From Girardia tigrina (lineage: Eukaryota), in NCBI GenBank assembly GCA_001938485.1, contig MQRK01226795.1, forward strand, positions 24,680 to 74,774: a stretch of 50,095 bases of DNA. Reading direction: 5' to 3'. Both the position numbers and the translations under genes were made by a program. The notes beneath the pieces are model-generated. The model saw only the letters and a list, made by a program, of their open reading frames with translations. It ran no database searches and was not told the DNA's origin. Of this stretch, positions 12,401 through 25,600 are shown piece after piece. The first letter of the stretch is position 1, and each line of letters opens with the position of its first letter.

Positions 12401-13128
12401 TAGCGCATTAAATCATAGTTATCACTACTCTCTTACAGATGACATAACTACCGCTAGAGTAACAAAATTGAATAGAATATATCAATGTGGTCATTATCTT
12501 TAAGTACTATTTTAACAAGTGGTTGAATTTCATCAGTTATTTCATATAATTTGTAATAAATAATCTTTAAATAAAAAGGTTAGTTAAAACCGAACAATAT
12601 TTTTTGAAAACAAGTAAATAGACCAAGAAATATAATTCTAGTTATTAAATAACATTAAATTTATCAATATGTATCTAAGTGCTGATCTCCTGTCCACATA
12701 GGACAGTATGGAGATTTTCAAATTTAAGAGCATACATCAAACAAGATTTGACCAAATTCTATTCAAATTTCAATGTGTTTAATTTGAATTTAAAAAATGT
12801 ATGGTTAATAAACAAGAAAAACATATACTAGAAAAAATTATTAAGTCTAAATCAAAGTTATTTTTTTTCACTTCGGATCCATGGCGGTGTTCATAATTTA
12901 TAAAAATAACTAGATTTTCTTATCGAAAATAAAAAAACAACGTACATTTTATTAATTATTTTATGTCTAAAATAATCTTGTTCTTTAAATGCCTTTGTCG
13001 TGTTCACCAAATCTTATCAGCAGCAGCAACCAATTAAGAGTTTTCCTAGGTTATAATTAGTTTAATTTTTGATTTTTTTAATTATTTAAAATGTTTTAAT
13101 TGGATTTACGGTCGGCGTCCACAAAACT

Positions 13129-13188
<60 letters not shown>

Positions 13189-16100
13189 NNNNNNNNNNNN
13201 NNNNNNNNNNNNNNNNNNNNNNNNNNNNNNNNNNNNNNTATATATATAAATTACTTTTTAGGTAAAAATAAAATAAAATTTTCATTTTATTATTAATCTT
13301 CTTTGCTATAGTATTATTGATTAATTTTCAACAAATAACGACTTTTAGAGTTAAAATGGAACAATTAAGCAATATGTTATTCATATATTTATACATTTAA
13401 CAAAAAGGTTTTTATATACTCACACCATTGGATTAATTTTTAGTCAAAATATTTTGTTCACAATTTATTACAAAAGGCAATGTTTAAATTTTCGATGCTC
13501 ATATTTTAGACTTATAAAAAGTTTTTAGACAACAATATTATCAAATTTAATTTTAACTAAAATTAAAAGACAAATTATTTTTCAAGTAACAGGTTGTCTG
13601 CGATCCATTCGTAATAGTGGACGCTACTCAAGCATTCTTGTGTAAGTACTTTCAGTTTGCTCGTAATCATATTTGTTGTTCTTTTTAAAAATATTTTAAA
13701 CATTTTTGTAACATAAAATACTTCTATATTAAAAAAAATATTTTTATATACAAAACATTCGTTCTTATCACATGTCCTTAAGTAACTAGGGAATTAATTA
13801 GTTATACGAGTATGAATAGAAACGATAAATAATTTTAAAGAAACTAAATTTAATTATTTGACTAATTTGGACATTCCTAATCGTCATTATCGGTCCTAAA
13901 CTAACCAAAACAATAATAATTAATTTCCTGCAACAAACTTGTAGATATTAGAAAAGAATGGGCATTTTAAAAATTCTGGTGTTTTATAATACATGATAGA
14001 AAGAATGTGCAGAGATTCATCTTGAGAAAGGAGTTGTTTGAGTTAAAGGAATCTGAGATCTTTTATGAATAGTTTTCGATTTATAAATATTTAAAATTAA
14101 GCATTGTTTTTTACTAATCCTGTACTTATAAAAATTATTAATTGAGTAAAAAAAACGATTAACTTGGACAAAAATATATAAATACTTGTCATTTTATCAA
14201 GAGTAGTGAAGAATGCAATTAAGATATATTAAGGAACAGTCAGATATGATTATATTTTAACAAGAGGACGTGTGACTCTCCATAATTTACACAAAACGAG
14301 GTTACCTCTAAGTGATTTCTATGATACAAAATTTATTTCCAAGACTTGCAAATATAGAAGTCATACTATAGGGAAATTCTAAAAATTGAGTTTTTAAATA
14401 TTGGGTTGGCCAAAAAGTCATTCCGTTTTTGAGTACGTCCTAATAAAAAGCCTGAAAATATAAAACGATGTGATAAAATTTAAATTCAATTATATATTCT
14501 GAAACCTTAATTTTCAGACTATGTTTATACAAAATATTAATTNNNNNNNNNNNNNNNNNNNNNNNNNNNNNNNNNNNNNNNNNNNNNNNNNNNNNNNNNN
14601 NNNNNNNNNNNNNNNNNNNNNNNNNNNNNNNNNNNNNNNNNNNNNNNNNNNNNNNNNNNNNNNNNNNNNNNNNNNNNNNNNNNNNNNNNNNNNNNNNNNN
14701 NNNNNNNNNNNNNNNNNNNNNNNNNNNNNNNNNNNNNNNNNNNNNNNNNNNNNNNNNNNNNNNNNNNNNNNNNNNNNNNNNNNNNNNNNNNNNNNNNNNN
14801 NNNNNNNNNNNNNNNNNNNNNNNNNNNNNNNNNNNNNNNNNNNNNNNNNNNNNNNNNNNNNNNNNNNNNNNNNNNNNNNNNNNNNNNNNNNNNNNNNNNN
14901 NNNNNNNNNNNNNNNNNNNNNNNNNNNNNNNNNNNNNNNNNNNNNNNNNNNNNNNNNNNNNNNNNNNNNNNNNNNNNNNNNNNNNNNNNNNNNNNNNNNN
15001 NNNNNNNNNNNACTCGATATGTGGTTACCACATGAACTGAAAGAAATTCATTTGGTGAAACGTATAGACATTTGCGATTCCCTTTTGAAGCGAGAACAAA
15101 GTGATCCATTTTTGAAGCGCTTGATAACGGTTGACGAAAAATTGATTGTTTACAACAATGTGGAACGTCGACAATCATGGACAAAACGTGGTGAGCCTGT
15201 CAAAACGATCCCAAAAGCAGAAATTCACCAAAAGAAGGTTATGCTTTCTGTCTGGTGGGATTTTAAAGGAATTGTGTTTTTGAACTCTTTCCGAGGAATG
15301 AAACCATCAATTCAGACAGGTATTGCTGGAGAAATTGCCTCATTCAATTCAACAGGAACGTCCTGAATTGGCAAATTGAAAAGGAGTTGTAATTCAGCAT
15401 GATAACGCAAGACCGCTTACAAGTTTGACCACTCGCCAGAAACTCTTATCATTGGGTTGGGAGGTTTTGCCGCACCCACCGTATTCTCCAGACTTGGCCC
15501 CGTCGGATTTTCACTTATTTAGATCATTGCAGAATTCCTTAAACAGAAAAACATTCGTCAGTGATGATGACATCAAATCGTTCCTAGACGGCTTTTTTGC
15601 TGACAAAGGCAAAAGGTTTTTATGAATCAGGAATAATGAAGCTACCGGAAAGGTGGAAGAAAGTGATTGAAAATAATGGACAGTATATCGTGTAAAAATA
15701 TTTGTGCATCCATGTCATTTTTTGATAATAAATATTTTAGTAAAAAACGCAATGACTTTTTGGTCAACCCAATGTCTTGTGAAAAAGATACACTGACTTA
15801 ATTGCTTCTATTTATTTACTAATTATGTGATAATTTACAATTATGGGGATCAAGAACCAAGTGCTGGTCACAATTAGTAAACAGGATCAAAGGTGGTGCT
15901 GTACATGTTCGAAAAGAATGGAAATTCAAAGAGCTAAATGAAACCTTTACGGACACATGAAGACCTTCATTCAAAAATTTTGAAGCACGCCTGATGGAGT
16001 TCTAATGAGAAACGATTTTATTGCTCTTTCAGATTGTAATACTCATACTGAACGAATTTGATCAGACCATAATTCTTTATCATTGTAGATCAGAAGTAAT

Positions 16101-19100
16101 CATCATTAAAATCTATATGCTTATCATTAAAATCACCGTAACAACCACAACGTAATTAAACAATACATTTTTTTAGTTCCATTCAAGTTTAAAAAATTCA
16201 TAGATTGATGAACAATGTTTATGTTATAATATTTTTATTTAATTCTTTTAAAATGTTATTGCATCCTCCATTATCAGTAGTGTTATGTGCCGATCAGACG
16301 GAATGTTGACCGATAATAAAACCCCCTTCGTCTGACGGCAAATCTCGGATCGCATAACAAATAAAAAATAAAAAAATGAAAATCCAAATTTCAAAAACTC
16401 AATCGAAAAAAAATTTATTATTAAACAAAAGCATTTTATTTACAATTGTTTTTATTTTAATTATCTGTAAAAATGTTCGTCCAATTATTTCGATCACCAG
16501 TTGCGAGGAAACAACAAAATTATGGATCGTAAAATGATAAAGTTATATTGGATTAGAACATGTGAATATCGGGCATCAAATTCTGCTGGGAAAAGTTTAA
16601 ATAAATTAATTCAAAATTTAAATTTTATGAATTTGTTGGCACTAAAAGTGGCAACATTAGTACTTTCAATAACACAGTTTATATCTTCCAATAACAAGTA
16701 ATAAAAGCTTTTTATTAATACTATAATAGAATTATGATTTCTGTCATTCTGTCTGTCTGCGTGAAGTTCCCGGAGTTCAGTAAAACAAATTTAATTATTT
16801 TTTTAAATATCAAAACAATCGATTGATCCGGAATCTACGCGACGAGGCTATTCCAATGATGTGCCTCCGTCGCCGATCCGACGAGGGGAAGTCGATGAAT
16901 CAACGATGAAAAGGGTCAACATAAATACAAAAAAAACAATATCAACAATATGAAACCCAAAGAAGGAAATATGATGAATTTGGATGAAAAATCGATTGAT
17001 TCTAGACCTATTCGACAAGAGGAGTCCGAAAATCTTGCTCCGTCTCGGATTAGAGAAGTAGAAGTTGGTGAATTCGGTAATAAAAGTATTAATTCATTTA
17101 ATAAATCGATAAATGAATTACATTACATTACTTCCGATCTGCCCCCTCCCACAAAAATTAAGAAGAAAATCAATAGCTTAAATTTTTCTAAGACTTTTGA
17201 CATCAATATAAAAATTATTTATTTATTTAGTTAATTTATTAATAATTTATTCATGCAATTAATTATGAATTATAAATTTGTGTTGGAGCAGATCGGAAGT
17301 CTTTGTTTTTCCAGATATGCTTAATATATTTAACTAATTATTACTATAATAAAATTTTGATTTCTGTCTGTGTGAAGTTCCCGATGATTAAAGGAATTCG
17401 TTTACATTTCGAGGTTTACATTTACAGGTCTGGTGATATGAAGGGTTTCGTAATAGTTTGAAGTTTCATATAATAAAATATTTTTAAGGGAGGCTAATTT
17501 AATTTAATTAATTTGAATTTCACAAATAAATGTTTTGAATTGTATTTTTAGATTTTGATAAGATTTCATTGACGTAGAAAAACGAAATTGTTTTGCCGGC
17601 CCCAATATAAAATCTCGATGTAGAAAAATGCCGTGTATAACATCGATATAACATATTTAATGAGAAAAGTTTAGATTTTCCTTTTAATATATTTTTGTAA
17701 TTTTTATGTTTTTCAGATATTTTTTGTGATTTTTGTTTAATTTTTTTTAATAAAATGTTAAAAAAATTATTGAATCGATCGAAAATTGTAAAACACAAAT
17801 TAAATGTCAAATATTTGGTTAAGATATTTTATATTTAATTTTTGGATATATTTTCGATGGTCTTTTTGATTTAATTGACTGACGCTATTCTATGTATACA
17901 TTTATAAGAATTAATGTGTATAAACTTACAATAAATAATTGTGGTAAGTGATACAATTTTATGTCGGAAAACTTCCGCTATAACCATAAATTACATTGAC
18001 GATTGGTAATAAATGTAACTTCTACAATTTTTATCATATATAGATTTCCTTATTTATTTTAATCAAAGTACTACAGTAATACAGGGGGCGCTAAAAATTG
18101 CCGTTTTCATGTTATTAAAATAAAGTCTTTTTTTAATAAGTATTTTGCATTACATATTTATGTATGTTGTAATGTCCTCTTTTTTTAATTTAAATTTATC
18201 TATTTGCTTGAGTCGCTTAATTTAAATTGTTCAGTCATTGATTCCTTGAAATTCACATGTAATTAGAGTCTAATGATTAGAAAACGCCAAAGGTACATAA
18301 TGACCATTCTATTGCTGATGCTCACCTAGCGATTACATGGTGAGAATGAAATGTTATTAAAGATGGATTAGACGGATTGCCCAAGAATTTTTGCAGGCAA
18401 AACATTCTTTGAAATGATTGAAGGATCTGAAAGTTGTCAGTAAGGACTCAAAATCTTGTTATAGTTCCAAATTATTTGTGAAACGTTATAATGGCATAAA
18501 TCCGCGTTTGTTTATGTTTTTTTTAAAAAAAATACTCTTTTATGTATGATTCTTTTAAGTTAGTCGATTATAAGACATTGGATTTTGTTACTGTTGGGGT
18601 TACTTTTGGTGAACTTTAAATTTTTGATATTTTTTTAAAAATCATATTTATTTTTGTTAGATAAATTAAAAATAATGTTCGACTAATTAAAATAAAATAA
18701 TCTTTAAATAAAAAATTTAAGTTTATAGATAATATTTTTTACTAATTAAAATAAATAAGATTTTATAAAATATATATTTTATAGGTAATATTTCGACCAA
18801 TTAAATTGAAATAATTTTTGTAAAAATTATATTTCACAGATAGTATATTACTAATTAAATGAAATAAGTTTTGTAAAAATTTTAGAGTGATGATAATATT
18901 TTAATTAAATTGAGACAAATTTTTATAACAATTAAGTTTTAAAAATTAATAATTAAAATATCATCTTCGAAGTTAAAGAATATTATAAAGAAGATTTTGA
19001 TATATTTTGTAACACTATTTAAAATAAAATTAGAATGTTTATTGTACACGGAAAGTTTTATTAAAAACAAATAAATTTTATAATTAATGAATCTCTATTA

Positions 19101-19614
19101 AATATAATAAATTTAAATATTGCTAAATATTTTTGTATTTTAAATTTCTAAGTTATTTTTGCAATTTTATTAAAAAACAAATTAAAAAGAAATAATTTAT
19201 ATTCGAATGATTTAAAATCAAAAAAAATCAAAATTGAATAAAATAACATATTTATATATTTATCAATATTATTATTTATATTTAGAATTTTGAGATCTGA
19301 ATTTTGTAATTAAAATATTGTTCATCATAAATTTGTTTCAATAATGAAAATTGTAATAGAAATAAAGTTTACAAAATTATGAATTCCAATTTTAATCACG
19401 AACCTAATAGTTACAAATAAATGTTCCTCTATCAAAATGAGTCTTTAGGGAAAATGTTTAGTGTTAGAGTCTAGGTCTCTTGCAAAAAGAATGAGTATTT
19501 CTTTAAAAACTTAAACAAATGTTGGTTTATACCTTTATAAAGATTTATAAATAATTTGGAACTAACAAGATTTTGAAACAAAATGCAATGTCTTATAATG
19601 GACTAACTTAAAAG

Positions 19615-19654
<40 letters not shown>

Positions 19655-22600
19655 ATTTGAGTATTTTAGCATGGATCGAAACATTGTATTTCTAGAAAAA
19701 CAATATATTTTGTATCAATCTGTGCCATACGTATGATATTGGTATTAGGGTATAAAAATTATGCATATTCTTGTGTTTGTCATGTATTGTCGTTTCGTTA
19801 TTGTCTCATTTTTTTCTAGCTGCTGGCCTTGGTAACCTTATATCTGATGTTGTGGGAATTGGGTGAGAATTGTATATTATTATTATACGGTGTTGTATAA
19901 GTATGTTGTATAGTACCGTTGGTTATATAGAAACTTGGGCATTGAAACTCGGTGTTAAAATGCCTCATCTCAATGCAACTCAAAGGCAACTTCGATCCGT
20001 CAAAGGAGCCGCAAATTTGGTAATGTTACATCTTTTTTGTATATTGATTTGAATTGATTTATTTTGTATTGATTTTATTAATTTAAGAATTATATTATAC
20101 AGATTTCTAAAATTAAATTTTAATGATGCCGTTATATTGACACTAATTTAAATGAATTTTCAATAAATTTTCCTAGTAAACATTAGTGATAAATAAGTCA
20201 ACATTAAAGTCTTTCCTAAATGTACTCGTAACAGCATAAGCTCTATTGGTGCGCATTATATTTAATCATAGATTATATAAAATATACAAGATTATTTAAA
20301 TTTTCTCATACATCTTTATATGAGAGAGTGTAACTGTCACTTCTCGGGGAATCCTCGGCCTTCTTAAGAATGACCGATCATTATCCATAGTTCATTTATT
20401 ATATAAAGCCTTAGATTTATTAACACTTAAAAAATATGGAAAAGGACATTTAGATATCTCTAACCATTGTGTTTACCAGCCGGAATAATATTACTTTTCT
20501 CGGGATCACTCCTTAGTCACTAGCATTGGTGAAACTGACGGTCACTGACATATCATAGACGAGCGCGTTCAAATTATCTGTCGTATTGTCTTCTGTGGTG
20601 TTCCTATTCGTTGATCTGTCAACATATGCCACTGTAACCATCTATCTGTTTTGTAACTTTTATGGCAATTCTCTATAAAGCAAGAATAAGATCCACCACC
20701 TCTGTTGCTGAGACACAGTGTTCAGATGTATGTTTTTAATGTGTCCTTAGTTATTTCTGATCTGCAAAGTCATTGTAACTGTTAGGAAACTTACAAGCTA
20801 CTTTCGTGGAATGCGGTTTGGCGATTAACCTGTCATTAAAAACTTTAATATTTCATATTTAAGATGATATTAAATGGTTATTACTGTTATGAAACTCGTT
20901 TGGAAAATAAAGTGTTCTTCAATCGAATCTAATAACAATAGTTTGATTTAAATTTATAATGATAACAATTAGATCTATTATAATATTATATTAAAAGATA
21001 ACAAACTTCAACGGAAAGATCAAGAAGACAAAAACAAAAATTGATAAGGTAGTCAATAAATCACGAAGAAGATAGGTTACGAGGAATAATAAACAAAGTA
21101 TCACTAAGTTTAACACGTAACAATGATGATAGTTACTTTTTAATTCGATCTCGAAATGATCTTTCGATAATGATGGGAAATATTTCTGTCCACTTTAGTC
21201 GATGGATCGTTTCTTCGACGATTTTCCAATTTGTTTCGTTGCTACACTGGAAAGAATTAAGTCAATGGTTTGGATGTCTCTGTATCCGCCGATGGTCAAG
21301 GTGAATTAGTCAATTCACCGACAGTAATTCGATACGGAAAGATTAATTTACCAACCAACAATTGTTGAGAATATTCGCCAAATGACAATCGCTGTCCTAC
21401 AATATATAAACTGAATATTTTATTTGTGATCAATTTTTATTGATCATCCGAATTCATAATATTACCATAGGCAATATTATGAATTGAATTATAATTAATT
21501 ATAAACACGACACACATATCACAATCTTCATATCAGTAACAGAGCTCAATATTGTAAAAAAAATGAAAAAAACTGACATGTAAATAGAGTTGTGATCCAT
21601 TCTTTTTGTCTCGATGGTATATGCTTGTATTTTATTCGTTTCATTTGGCTGTTCCCTGTAATCTGCGATGATTATTTTCGATATCAAATACATTCATTCT
21701 TCGTTTCTTTTTTTTAAAAAAATTAAAAAAAAACTTTCGTGTTTCTTCTCTTCACTTTCGTTAGTATCTTTCTCATGTTCAGATGGAATGCAAAACGACA
21801 CACTAAAAGAACATACGAAAGAGAATAAAAGAACAGTAGTTGTAGGCAAAACAATATTGTCACAGATCAGAAACAAAAACTACACACACACTCAACATCC
21901 AGGCGGAATGTAGCGCCAGTCAAAAGCCAAAGTCGGCAACAATTACTGAGTGGAAAATAGCAAATGTTGTAATGCTATTTAAATGAAGCGGTTCTGGATA
22001 TAATGCAAATCATTATATAGGTATAATTTTCTTGCAAGTTGCTGGGAAAGTCCTTGTACGGATAATCTTGAATCGAATCCCACAAGTCATGGAAGAGAGA
22101 CAGACCCTTGACCTATCGGTTTTTGATCAAATCGAGGTACATTTTAACTTATAAGTACGCCAAAAGAGATACACAAAGAAGATTGATACAGAAACCAAGA
22201 AGTATATACTGTATTGATTTATTATAAAAGGCTTTCTGTAGTGTCCATAGAGAAGTTCAATTTGAAGGTTTTCATTATATAGGAGAATATTCCATGATTA
22301 TTTCATTACTTTCTTTAGACAAAGTTACAATAAATGAACAGAGTAAGACAAAGATTTGAAACGGTACCATATTTATTTAACTTAGTCTTTTATGATATTT
22401 TACGGAAAGGTTGCGCAAGTGACTCTGAAATGCAAGTCAACAGACCAGTGTATACTGGTGATTTAAATATAATCGATACGGATACTGATCATTTCAACAG
22501 AAATATGTATATAATTGGAAACACATTTTCAGAATTTGGATTAAAAATCAGTACTGCGAAGACGAAAGGCATATGACTTATTAATGATTTAAAGACAGGA

Positions 22601-25600
22601 ATATCGCAAATTAAGTATGAAGAGAACATCAAAGAATTGGTGAAGTAATTCTGTTATCTGGGTAATATATTGATGAGTGATGATTGCAAACGAAAATCAA
22701 TGATACGATGGACGATAAGAAAACTAAAAAAAGCTACCATGAATCTAAAGTTATAGTGTTTCCATTGTATCCAAGATTTTCTTTATAGTTTATAACGACT
22801 GCAAGATTACTATTATACTTGTACACGCATGTCTCTCAGAAAACCTCAACTCAATAGAATCCTTAACAGGGAGCTGAAGATTGATTAAATTAAAGCAAGA
22901 ATGATTCTTGTTTAAAAACGTATTATATTGTTTGCTTTATATTATATGAAAATTACATGGGAATGAATGTAAATGAGGTCAAGCGAGTTCTAAACTCTGA
23001 AATGATATAAAAAGCAACTGATGAGGGAAAGTCTGTCCGGTGACATGTTTTGAGTTTTCTGTGATGTTGAAGATCTCGCGGAATAAAGAAAAAGTCTCTA
23101 TTCGAGAGGTGGTTTCGATAACAATGAGATGTCAAACATATGTTTAAAGGCACTATAACAATTAAGGAGATTATTGAGCAAGGAGATAAATATCCAAAAA
23201 TGATAAAGCCGCGTAATGCAAAGATTAAATACGTTTAGTTTAATATATATAGTTCTATGATGCTAAGTTTAAGAAAAGTACCCTATATTACTTAAAATAT
23301 TGGATTTAAAATAATAATAAGTTGTAGTTTTTATTATCTTTTTTATTACATTTAAACTTTTTATTCGTCATTAATAATGATTTTTTTTACTTTAAAAATG
23401 TAAAAAGTTGATCTTATTTTTTGACTTTATAGATCATTTTTTGACCTTATTTTGACTTATTAAAAAAAATGTAACCTTATTTTGACCTAAACATTACAAC
23501 TCTAAAATGGAAAAAGAATAAAACAATTATAAAATTTATTATTATACATTGCTATTATGTAAAACACAACGTTTTTAGAGTTAAAATTCCTATTTTTGGC
23601 AAGCAATTTACCGAGAAGAGAAAAACTTCTCTCTACACAGGCCGATGTTGGTTGACATTTTAATAAGAGAGCATAATCAGCTGGAGAAACAGTGTCTGAT
23701 TCCATTTTGAAAAGTCTAACAATATAGTTTTTTTGCAAGCAATTTTCTATGTACTGCTTAATTTTGACTGGATCATTGCCAAAACTGAGAGATTTTATCT
23801 GTGAGTAAAGATCTTCGATTGTGTAGGTTGAAAGTTCAGCAAATGTAACCAAATCATTAATTGGAAGATATGTTGAACATATTTCAACGAGATTTTGAGC
23901 AAGATTAGTGGATTGAATAGATTCTTTTGCTTTAGCAACTATGATGCCATCTCTATCGACAGATAAAACAATCCTTTTTACAGCTGGTAGATTTTGTGAA
24001 TAGTAATGAGCTACTGACAGCCAAGACCCCCACCTTGTAACAACTGGCTCAGGTGGACTTCCTATATTAGAGAATAAGTCCTTTCTACCTTTATTTTTAA
24101 TAGTAAGTGCTTTAATACTTGATATGAGATTGTCAACATCTTTATAATATGATTTGATCATAAGTGCACAATTGTGGAGTAAATGAGCTAAACAACTAAT
24201 ATGAAAGATATTTGGGTGCAGAATTTTGATAGTTTCACCTGCTTTGGTCATGTATCGAGCTGCATCCGATATTAGTAGCAGTAAATTATTTCTTGATATA
24301 TCAAACTTGCGAAGATTGTCATCAGCGATTTGAGCGATAATATTGGCATTTGGACTAGAATCTATAGGCCTGCAATCAATAAGAAAGCATGAAGATGGAA
24401 TAGAAATATCTCCGGTCAGTGTATTGACATATTTTTGGCTGTTAATATCAGATACATCTATAACCAAGAAAACCTTTTTGTTGTGAATCTTTCCTTTATA
24501 CCTTTCAGTATATTCTGACATATAAGTTCAACCGCTGATCTACACTTTGAAACTGAAGGCAATGGATTGTTCATGCTAGTACAAAGCTCTTTAATGCTTT
24601 GCTGATGAATTTTTTACAGCGGTATATCAGCTTGCATAAAGCTCTAGTAACTTGATAAGCCCATGAACCCTCTGTTAGTGCTTCATATAATGACAATGTT
24701 GATTGATTTTGAGGTTTTAACAATTTGTCATGCTTTAGACTGTTTCTGTGGGAAGCAACAAAAATTTTTTTTCGCAATTCACAATACAGTGGCACAACTT
24801 ACAGTTAAGCTGATCCCTAAAATTTGTAAATTCGTCTGGATATCTGCTAACTATTTCTTTGACTTTGCTAATGCACTAGATTTCGTTTTAGGCATCTTAA
24901 AACTAGATGAAATATAGAAATTTAAGTATAAAAAACAGAATTACTTTTTATCTGGCAATTTTGAATAAATTTTAAATTATTCAAATTAAAACAAATTTTT
25001 ATTTTACTTTAAATTAAAAAAAAATTTATTTTAAAATTATATTTTTTAATGCTAAATTATGAAAGTTAGACCCGTTTTTTTGTAACTTTGATTTTTGACT
25101 TTATGGCAAAAAATACCGTTATTATCATTTATTAGATTAAACAAATTTGACTTTTAAATTTTTTTTCACTTTATTGACTTATTAAAGAAATTTTTGACTT
25201 TATTGATCTAATAAAATGTCAAATAAGGATTATAAATTCATTTAAATTGCATTTTTAAGCTTTTCAGATTAATCTATTTTAATTTTTAATTTTGACTTTA
25301 TGGCAAAAAATCGCCCTAGTCATTATATTATGCGATGTGCGAATAAGGGAGAATATTTAACTAGTACTATTGCGATGGTGGGTGCTTATAAAATATCCCA
25401 ACCCAATTTTTAATTTTTTTGACGAGTCCGGTTTGAAACACGAGGTCTGATCTCTTGTTGAAAACAAATACGAGCCGTGTTTATACCACTAACACGCCAA
25501 GCGCATGAACATGGTCTAATTGGGACAAAAAATTTCAGAGGTATTGGTTTGACTACGCGGAAAGAGTTCCCAGTGAACATGTCCCCATGCCATCCACTAA

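Noticed and set aside
11700-12790. Possible decayed transposase on the minus strand (SPYCPMWTG motif near 12685-12712)
   Set aside because: Too degraded; a single short motif is not enough for a call.
14521-15366. Long ORFs spanning N runs (also 36743-38006, 10409-10642, 35596-35901)
   Set aside because: Lengths are artefacts of assembly gaps; only the transposase portions are meaningful.
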